A stretch of 25,394 nucleotides of DNA from Promethearchaeota archaeon (lineage in GTDB: Archaea > Asgardarchaeota > Lokiarchaeia > Sigyniarchaeales > SOKP01): NCBI GenBank assembly GCA_048939995.1, contig JBHLOY010000022.1, positions 1 to 25,394 on the forward strand, read 5' to 3'. Below are positions 7,401 through 13,880 of the stretch, in pieces; position 1 is the stretch's first letter, and each line of letters begins with the position of its first letter. Position numbers and translations under genes: made by a program. The notes under the pieces are model-generated. The model saw only the letters and a program-made list of their open reading frames with translations, was not told the origin of the DNA and did no database searches.

Positions 7401-9371
7401 CTCTTGAGCCTTATCTAGTAACTTAAAAGCATCTTCCTTTCTTTTCTGTCGATATTCTAACTCTTTTTCTTTTTCTCTTAATCTTATCTCATTTTTTTTC
7501 AATCTCTCCCTTTCTAAACTTAACTGGCTTGAAATTCTCTCCTGAAAATCCTGTTCTTCTTTTTGTCTTTCAATTTCATTCTGCATGTCTTTCTGTTTCT
7601 TATTCTCTAAATTTTTTTTCATTTGTTCTAAATCTTTAATTGATTCTTCGATTAAAGGTAATTCTTCATGCCATTGAATTCCAGCAAAAATATTACCGAC
7701 ATGTTGATATGCCAAAATTGCTTTATCAAATTCTCCCGTTTGGATATATTTTTGGGCATCATCTAATGCTTTAAATGCTGAATCCCTCCTATACTCGATG
7801 TACTCCGCCTTTTCCTGTTCTAACTGGATCCCAATTTCTTTTTCTTCTAGCTTTTTACGTTCTTTTTGTAAGATATCAGTAATCTGCTGTTGAAATTTAG
7901 ATTCTTCTTTTTGTTTCTCTTCCATTCGTTTCTGAGTTTCAAATTCTTTCTTATAATGGGCTTCTTTCAACTTCTTAACACTATTAATCGTAGTTTTGAT
8001 CATTGGTATATAAGATTCCCAACTTGGACCAAGATCAAAGAGTACTTCTAAAGCATTTTGATATTCTATTAGTGCTGAATCAAAATCATGTTGTTTTTGA
8101 AGAGAATTATCAGCTTTATCTAAAAAAGTGAAAAAATCAGCCTCTTTTGCCAATTGAATTTTCCTTTTTTGTTCATAATCTTTACGGCGAAGTTCTTCCT
8201 CTTTTGCAGACTGTATTATTTCCTCCCTTTTTTTAACATAAAACGTATCTTGAATCTTTCTAATCTCTTCTTCTCTTTTATTTTTCAGATCTTCCAAATT
8301 CTCTTCCATTTCCTGCTTTTCCCTTACATCCTTTATAAAATTCATAATAGGGAGGATATAGGAATCCCATTCAATTGATTTAAGAAGTTGGACTGCCTTT
8401 TGAAACTTTTCAATTGCTCTCTTGTAATCTTTTTCGCGCTCTAATTTCTTAGCGTATTCAATTAAATTAAAAGCTTCAATTTGGATTTCCTCTTCCGTTC
8501 TTTTTTTAAGTTCAAATTCAATAATTTTAGTACCATCAGCGTATATTTGAGAGTCATCATAAAGGTCTGAAGGTGGTATTTCACTTATTTGAGGTTCTAT
8601 CTTCAATCTTTCATACTTTTGTTTTTCATTTCTAAGTTTTTCAACAATAAATTGGAGATTTTGAGTCTGTTCTTTCCATCCAATTGAATTTAATAGCTGA
8701 ATTGCTTTTTCATAATTTTCAATCGCTTCATCGAACCTTCTCTCCTTCTCAAAGAATTTTGCATTATCAATAAAAGTAAATGCATCATTTTGGATACGTT
8801 TTTGTCTTGCCCTCTCCTGTCTATACTTTATAAGTTGTTCAGTTCTTTCAGCATTCTTCTTTTCACCGAATACATCCACCACCTGAGGACTCACCTCTAT
8901 ATCGGAAACACTCTGGCTGCTTTCACTTTTGATTGATTCTTGAATGTTTTGTTTATCAATTAAAGTAGTAACTTTCACTCTTAAATTTTGAATTTGCGTT
9001 TCAGACCAGCCGGCCTGTGTAAGTAATTTTATAGCAGAATTATATCTTTCAATTGCACCTTGAAAAAATCCGTCGGATTCTAATTTATTTGCCTTATCTA
9101 TTAAAACAAATGCTTGGTCCTGCAATTTTTCAATTTGAGTAGCTGCTTGTTTATGTTGGAACAACTTTTTTTCTTGTATAAACGATTTTAATCCTTCTAT
9201 TCTTTCATATAAGTCACTAACTCGATGCATCATATACCCGCTTTTTTTAAGGTAATCTGCAGCTATTTGATAATTTTCGATTGCTTCTTCATTATTTCCC
9301 TCTTCCTCAAATCTCTGAGCTCTTTCTAAATATTTAAGGGCTTCTTGAGCTAAATAATCATTATCTTGCAT
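4431..9371 (-). CDS. 1646-aa all-helical repeat protein: 14 MIT/TPR-like three-helix units separated by E/K/R/Q-rich long helices
   Basis: The motif AFxL(I/L)(D/E)xA-x(5-7)-(F/Y)xxA(I/L)xxY-x(10)-(G/Q)W or (F/Y)PT recurs 14 times. The ORF is uninterrupted for 4.9 kb and has no TM segment. Confidence 0.8.
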   Translation of the reverse strand: MQDNDYLAQEALKYLERAQRFEEEGNNEEAIENYQIAADYLKKSGYMMHRVSDLYERIEGLKSFIQEKKLFQHKQAATQIEKLQDQAFVLIDKANKLESDGFFQGAIERYNSAIKLLTQAGWSETQIQNLRVKVTTLIDKQNIQESIKSESSQSVSDIEVSPQVVDVFGEKKNAERTEQLIKYRQERARQKRIQNDAFTFIDNAKFFEKERRFDEAIENYEKAIQLLNSIGWKEQTQNLQFIVEKLRNEKQKYERLKIEPQISEIPPSDLYDDSQIYADGTKIIEFELKKRTEEEIQIEAFNLIEYAKKLEREKDYKRAIEKFQKAVQLLKSIEWDSYILPIMNFIKDVREKQEMEENLEDLKNKREEEIRKIQDTFYVKKREEIIQSAKEEELRRKDYEQKRKIQLAKEADFFTFLDKADNSLQKQHDFDSALIEYQNALEVLFDLGPSWESYIPMIKTTINSVKKLKEAHYKKEFETQKRMEEKQKEESKFQQQITDILQKERKKLEEKEIGIQLEQEKAEYIEYRRDSAFKALDDAQKYIQTGEFDKAILAYQHVGNIFAGIQWHEELPLIEESIKDLEQMKKNLENKKQKDMQNEIERQKEEQDFQERISSQLSLERERLKKNEIRLREKEKELEYRQKRKEDAFKLLDKAQEFINKANFDKAIEIYHDVTNLFAEIQWYDELEFIGNATIEIENKKREFFLKKQKELQEKLEREKQERNFQVTIIEKLKSQKENLKERELKLREKEKEFEYREDKRREAFRLIEEAQNNLSLGRFNDAIDTYRKVANVFAQIQWRDEIPIIHNAILEIESKKKEKDIFDQKRIKDTIKKEMENREFTERLKRQREIENRRRLKDQELIEKRRKLSAQNRSKEEEALKLIENADVYLKREEFNDALINYQQALNLLEDIGWTGGYIKLIEDTISEIKNRSEEKQKRELREKESTRKEIESDKKFEMRLMEQMEKERARLKAKSIEIKEKEVLMQQMESIKIEAFNLMDKAENILSQGFYEQAIELYYQAEIVLNQLQFPTDSIKELILKIQEKKREKDLAKQFEIEQQIKKEEEQKRFQQKIADSMKFETEQMRQKQIELIKQARVKGYIEKRKADAFDLLEQAENFMKKSQYGRAIEFYHSAELILNEIQFPTDSLKELILEVREKKREQELEKQKQLELKIQNEKARQEFNKKLVEQLFKEKEKLKAREIKVQKLEEGKVETKRIKEEAFKILDDAEKFIKVKDYENSVKSYRKAMLILNKIHYPTNSISQMTIKIEELKKKDLEEKQLKLKKELEKIQEEKKLRELIEERRKYEREKEFAQKLAIKEKERLVKEQLSHRETAYNLLEKGATYLKRKQPDYDQAISLYMQARAILAENVGWEPEINNIDVLIKDLEQEKKQFIEKKKIEVQRRLARQKEYEKFQEEIRTRREDYLRKKNVQENKMRQLLRLKERTDQIKQDALKLIDEGKSLAIHHDFEGAYSIFERATSKFNEIGWMEQAKFIKKEIENTKQLQEKVKQDEVRMQAIYEDLTSKKRSEQLRLLEEENKIQQTINKVSDMTSEVSQLIKKQDKQLKKRIREERVQLKEEAKSFSKDMANLIKLKQELIEEINKSKEKSAKQKEDMQKAKDKEKADEIKKMLKDISKKEKD
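4830..9345 (-). repeat. Intragenic protein-level tandem repeat, 14 units, period ~113-119 aa in the core
   Basis: First codons of the repeat-defining residue lie at about 9341, 9113, 8783, 8474, 8135, 7778, 7430, 7082, 6734, 6383, 6041, 5699, 5357 and 5000. Spacings are 76, 110, 103, 113, 119, 116, 116, 116, 117, 114, 114, 114 and 119 codons. Confidence 0.85.
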
Positions 9372-9555
9372 TTTAAAAAAAATTCCTTAGAATAATTCAT
9401 AAATCAGAAATAAAATGACGAATAAAAACATATATCTTATTATAAATAAAATCCTTTAATCAAATAAATTTTTTATACTTACCCAATTATGTTTATCAAA
9501 TATTAATAATTGGTATATAACTTCATATTTCTATTTTCTATTTTGAGATTAGGAC

Positions 9556-11511
9556 ATGGAAAATAATAAAATTGTAATGGATTTAGAACCAATTTCCAGG
9601 AGGCTCCATTGTTCAATAGAAAAATCTATTTATCAAATGATTATCGATTCGGGAATTCAAATTCGAACATTATGTGGAGGGAAAGGTACTTGTGGAAAAT
9701 GTAAACTCCAGATTCAAAAAGGACAAAGATTTTTTAATTCACCATCTCAAACAGAAATTGAAATTTTAAAAGATGGTTTGAAGGAAAACTGGAGATTAGC
9801 GTGTCAATTAAAAATTAATTCTGAAAAAATTGAATTGATAAATGAATTTAAATCTCCCCAATTTACAGTTTTCTTACCTGATGAGTTATTAATTGAAGAT
9901 TTTAAAATATTAACCTCTGGAATTACAAGAAAAATTAAACTTCATCCAAATATACAGAAAGTATATGTAAGGGTTGAAAGACCAACCCTTAATCGCCCTA
10001 TTCCATACTTAGAAAGAGTCTTTAAAGCCCTAAATAATTTACCCTTTATAATTAAGCTAAATGAAAAAAATATAGATTTAAATGCTTTGAAAACCCTTGA
10101 CCGCCTTATTAATGATGACTGTTATGATTTTACGATTACTTTTCTAAATAAATCCAAAATAATTCATTTTGAGCCTGGAGATAAAACTGAGGAGAATTTT
10201 GGAGTTGCTTTTGATATTGGAACAACTACAATAGTAGGTTACTTAATTAACCTTAAAGATGGAAAAACTTATGCTGTAGCATCAATGTTAAACCCCCAAA
10301 CTGCATATGGAGAGGACCTAATTACTAGAATAACATTTATTAAGGATCATAAAGAAGGACTGAAAAAGTTGAACTCAATTGTTATCGATGCACTAAATAA
10401 GTTAATAGATAAATTATGCTTTAAGGCAAAAATTTATCCAGCTCAAATATTTGAAATTACCATCGTCGGCAATTCTGTTATGCATCATATATTTCTTGGG
10501 TTAAATCCTAGAAGCATTGGAGTGAGTCCTTATGTTCCTGTACTCCAACAAGAGCTCAATTTAACTCCTTATGAATTAAATCTAAAGTCATTCCCTCAAG
10601 GTAATATTTACATTTTACCATTGATCGCAGGATTTGTCGGTGCCGATACAGTTGGCGTAATAGTATCTTCTGGAATTGATGAAGAAGCTGACTTAACATT
10701 GGCCCTAGATATTGGAACGAATGGCGAATTAGTTATAGGTAATAAAAACGTATTAATTACTGGTTCTTGTGCAGCTGGATCTGCTTTAGAAGGTGCTCAT
10801 ATCAAAGATGGAATGAGAGCGGCTGGTGGAGCAATAGACACAATAAAAATTAATCCTAAAACATTAGATGTGTCATTTACTACTATAAAAAACAAACAAC
10901 CTATTGGTATTTGTGGATCCGGTTTAATTGATGCTGTTGCAGAATTATTAAAATCTAAAATTTTAACCCGGAGTGGGAATTTTAATAAAGACTTTATTCA
11001 AAAAGATAGATTCCAAACCATAGAAGGTAAAATAGAATTTATAATTGCTTATAAAAATGAAACTTCAAACGGAAGAGAAATTACACTTTCTCAAAAAGAT
11101 ATCAGGGAAATACAGATGGCAAAAGCGGCATTTTTCTCAGGAACTAGAGTTATATTAGACTATCTCAGAACTAAGTATAAGAAAGAATGTGAAATATCAC
11201 AAATTTTTCTAGCAGGTGCTTTTGGTAATTATATTAATAAAGAAAATGCTAAATTTATCGGGATGATTCCTGATATTAGTTTGGATAAAATATATCAAAT
11301 AGGTAATGCAGCTGGGACTGGTGCAAAAAATTGTTTGATAAATAAAGCTTTAAGAACAAAAGCTCAGAATTTACTGAAAAATATAAATTATGTAGAAATA
11401 GCATTAGAAAAAAATTTCCAAAAAGAATATGCCGAAGCAATGTATTTTCCTCATATGAATTTGAATCTCTTTCCTAGTTTAGAAACTTATAAAAGCGTTC
11501 CTATAAGATAA
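9556..11511 (+). CDS. ATP-dependent reductive activator of corrinoid proteins (RACo/AcsV-like; ASKHA ATPase, DUF4445) with N-terminal [2Fe-2S] domain
   Basis: CGGKGTCGKC plus RLACQ (2Fe-2S domain). ASKHA motifs DIGTTT, NPQ..YGEDLITR, GFVGAD, DIGTNGE, CAAGSALEG, GICGSG, QxAKAA, LAGAFG and GNAAGTGA. Confidence 0.92.
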   Translation: MENNKIVMDLEPISRRLHCSIEKSIYQMIIDSGIQIRTLCGGKGTCGKCKLQIQKGQRFFNSPSQTEIEILKDGLKENWRLACQLKINSEKIELINEFKSPQFTVFLPDELLIEDFKILTSGITRKIKLHPNIQKVYVRVERPTLNRPIPYLERVFKALNNLPFIIKLNEKNIDLNALKTLDRLINDDCYDFTITFLNKSKIIHFEPGDKTEENFGVAFDIGTTTIVGYLINLKDGKTYAVASMLNPQTAYGEDLITRITFIKDHKEGLKKLNSIVIDALNKLIDKLCFKAKIYPAQIFEITIVGNSVMHHIFLGLNPRSIGVSPYVPVLQQELNLTPYELNLKSFPQGNIYILPLIAGFVGADTVGVIVSSGIDEEADLTLALDIGTNGELVIGNKNVLITGSCAAGSALEGAHIKDGMRAAGGAIDTIKINPKTLDVSFTTIKNKQPIGICGSGLIDAVAELLKSKILTRSGNFNKDFIQKDRFQTIEGKIEFIIAYKNETSNGREITLSQKDIREIQMAKAAFFSGTRVILDYLRTKYKKECEISQIFLAGAFGNYINKENAKFIGMIPDISLDKIYQIGNAAGTGAKNCLINKALRTKAQNLLKNINYVEIALEKNFQKEYAEAMYFPHMNLNLFPSLETYKSVPIR

Positions 11512-11560
11512 TGTACAATCTTAATAACCAATACTCTTAAATCTAATGGATTTTTAAAAG

Positions 11561-11567
11561 TTTTTTT
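11561..11567 (+). terminator. Possible archaeal oligo-T terminator of the corrinoid activator gene
   Basis: T7 tract 50 nt after the stop at 11511. Weak evidence in such AT-rich DNA. Confidence 0.2.
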
Positions 11568-11712
11568 ATATATGCGTGCATAAGTTAAGTATTTGACCCT
11601 TTATCTATTTAAAATTGGGTAAAAGTATTTAAGATATAAATTCATTAAAATTTTAACAAGGATAATATAAACTTTTAAGAAAGAATTAATTAAATTCTTA
11701 AATAACAATTAC

Positions 11713-11728
11713 GATAATAATTTATATA
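11713..11728 (+). promoter_or_regulatory. Candidate archaeal BRE/TATA promoter of the Rab-like GTPase
   Basis: TTTATATA at 11721-11728 preceded by purine-rich GATAATAA, about 52 nt upstream of ATG 11781. Confidence 0.3.
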
Positions 11729-11780
11729 CCATTAAATATTTTTTAAATAATATACGAAATATAATCCAGAAGAAAACTGT

Positions 11781-12308
11781 ATGTCAAGTTTTAAACTAAA
11801 AGTATTGCTTACTGGCGCTGCTGCTGTTGGAAAAACAAGTTTAGTGCAACGATTTATAAAAAACAGATTTGCTGCTAATTACAAGCTCACAGTAGGTGTT
11901 GATATTCTAACAAAGGATGTAGAGTTTAGGTCGGGAGAATTTGCTACACTCTCAATTTGGGATATTGGAGGTCAACAAAGGTTCGAATTTATTCGCAGTA
12001 CTTTTTACAAAGGAGCAGCTGGAGCTCTTTTAGTATTTGATCTAACTAGGGAACAGACATATACAGAAACTAGGAAATGGTTGACTGAAATACGCCAATT
12101 TGCTGGAGAGAACATTCCTTTTATTTTGATTGGGAATAAAGCAGATTTACTTGAAGATGTCGGAGTTGTAATTGATAAAAATGATGCAATGTCTTTTGCA
12201 GAGAAAGAAAAAAGTATCTATATTGAAACTTCGGCTAAGACTGGTGAAAATGTTGATGCTGCATTTACGGAATTAACAAGAAGGATTATTAATTCAAGAA
12301 CACAATAA
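11781..12308 (+). CDS. Rab-like Ras-superfamily small GTPase
   Basis: G1 GAAAVGKTS, G2 YKLTVG, G3 WDIGGQ, G4 GNKAD, G5 ETSAK. RabF-like motifs are present and there is no C-terminal Cys. Confidence 0.93.
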   Translation: MSSFKLKVLLTGAAAVGKTSLVQRFIKNRFAANYKLTVGVDILTKDVEFRSGEFATLSIWDIGGQQRFEFIRSTFYKGAAGALLVFDLTREQTYTETRKWLTEIRQFAGENIPFILIGNKADLLEDVGVVIDKNDAMSFAEKEKSIYIETSAKTGENVDAAFTELTRRIINSRTQ

Positions 12309-12349
12309 TGTGTTTAAGTTTCAATCTGAATTTACTTATTTAAAATAGG

Positions 12350-13765
12350 TTATTCATCTAAAAAATCCTCATATAAATCACGGTGAATAACATTAATAGC
12401 ATCAATAAGATAGCTTTTGTTTATTACTAGTGAAAAATTAAGATCATCAATACTTTGAGTTAGAGCTTTCACTTTAATGCGTTTCTTTTCCAAAGCCTGA
12501 AAAATTTTAACTTTTGTTAGGTTATCTAACACTTTAAAACCAGTGATATTAATTATTGCTACTTCTTCGCTTTTGATTTGAAAAAAATCTGAAAAGTACT
12601 CAGATTTTTTTAGAGCTATAAGTGCTTTTTCAGCATCTTGTTGTTTGACTATAAATGATGTGCTAATTTCTGATGCACTCTGAGCAACTAAGGAGACACT
12701 AATATTATTCTTACTCATGATTTTAAATATTTTAGCTAAAACACCGGGGACATCTACTAAACTCCCTGAAGTAATAGTGATTATTAATCCATCTTCAACT
12801 GCAGATATACCTTTTATATTATTTCTATCAGTAAATCCTGAAATTGTGGTAAAATTTACTTTTTCTAATGGTTTATCAAAATTCCTAATTTCTAATGGAA
12901 TATGGTTCTTTTCTATAGCTTCTAAACATTTTGGGTGCAAAACTTTTGCTCCGAAGTTCGCAATATGTTTTGCTTCTTCATAATCTAGATTTCGAATTAA
13001 GGATGCTTTTGGAACATAATTGGGTGCAATCGCGAGTAAACCATCAACATCTTTCCATAATATCACTTTAATATCTTGATCATGACCTATTTCGTAAATA
13101 GAATGAGCCAATATGGTTGCGGTATAATCTGAACCTCCTCTTCCTAGGGTTGTTGTATATCCGATTTTATTTCTTCCTATAAAACCAGTTATGCAAATAA
13201 TCGTATTTTTTTTAGGGTTCTCCAAAAAAGGTATTAGCATTTTCTCTACTCGTTTATTTGTTAAATTATAAAGTGGATAAGCGTTATTAAACTCATCATT
13301 GGTTATAATTACCTTATTTGCTGGAATAAAAATGGAATCAAATCCTCTATTTATAAGAAATTGATTCAATATATATGTTGAGATAATTTCTCCATAACTT
13401 AAGACAGAATCTTGATAATATGGTTCTAATCCAAATTCTCTAATATCTACAAAAATTTCTTCAAGTTCACTTAATTGATTATCAACCCATCCTTTTATAT
13501 TATAAAATTCATCAGAATCTTCTTTAAATACTTCCTCAATTATATCAAAATGCTTTTTTTCCATGATAGCCATGTTTTTGTCTAATTCTGTTTCGTTATT
13601 AACATTTTGAGCCATTTGCAGAAGTAGATTTGTAACACCATTAAATGCTGAAACAACATATACTCTTCCTACATTGTCATAAATCTCTGAAATTTTAAGG
13701 ATTTTGTGAAATGCGTTCTTATCACTTAAACAACTTCCTCCAAATTTCATGATTACAACTGTCAT
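12350..13765 (-). CDS. lysC: Aspartate kinase with C-terminal ACT domains
   Basis: MKFGGS, VVSA, SYGE, TTLGRGGSDYTA, WKDVDG and FGAKVLHP motifs. ACT domain VPGVLAKIFKIMSKNNISV..QSASE. Confidence 0.93.
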   Translation of the reverse strand: MTVVIMKFGGSCLSDKNAFHKILKISEIYDNVGRVYVVSAFNGVTNLLLQMAQNVNNETELDKNMAIMEKKHFDIIEEVFKEDSDEFYNIKGWVDNQLSELEEIFVDIREFGLEPYYQDSVLSYGEIISTYILNQFLINRGFDSIFIPANKVIITNDEFNNAYPLYNLTNKRVEKMLIPFLENPKKNTIICITGFIGRNKIGYTTTLGRGGSDYTATILAHSIYEIGHDQDIKVILWKDVDGLLAIAPNYVPKASLIRNLDYEEAKHIANFGAKVLHPKCLEAIEKNHIPLEIRNFDKPLEKVNFTTISGFTDRNNIKGISAVEDGLIITITSGSLVDVPGVLAKIFKIMSKNNISVSLVAQSASEISTSFIVKQQDAEKALIALKKSEYFSDFFQIKSEEVAIINITGFKVLDNLTKVKIFQALEKKRIKVKALTQSIDDLNFSLVINKSYLIDAINVIHRDLYEDFLDE

Positions 13766-13770
13766 ATCTT

Positions 13771-13776
13771 ACACCA
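13771..13776 (-). promoter_or_regulatory. Shine-Dalgarno-like motif (TGGTGT) of the aspartokinase
   Basis: Minus strand reads TGGTGT-AAGAT-ATG. GGTG matches the archaeal GGAGGTGA consensus. Confidence 0.55.
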
Positions 13777-13880
13777 TTAATTCAATGGATTTTAAAAGCT
13801 TATTTATCAATATGATATTTAAATAAATAAACTAATTTGAAAATAGTTTATCTAGAAATTATTATAAAAAAATGTTCTAA

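Noticed and set aside
4431-9371. SMC/Rad50 or myosin-like motor assignment for the large coiled-coil-rich protein
   Set aside because: No Walker A/B, signature or hinge motifs. The periodic helical modules explain the sequence better.
11681-11699. Inverted repeat AAGAATT-aatta-AATTCTT upstream of the Rab-like gene
   Set aside because: 7-bp almost pure A/T arms are expected by chance at this composition, and there is no second copy.
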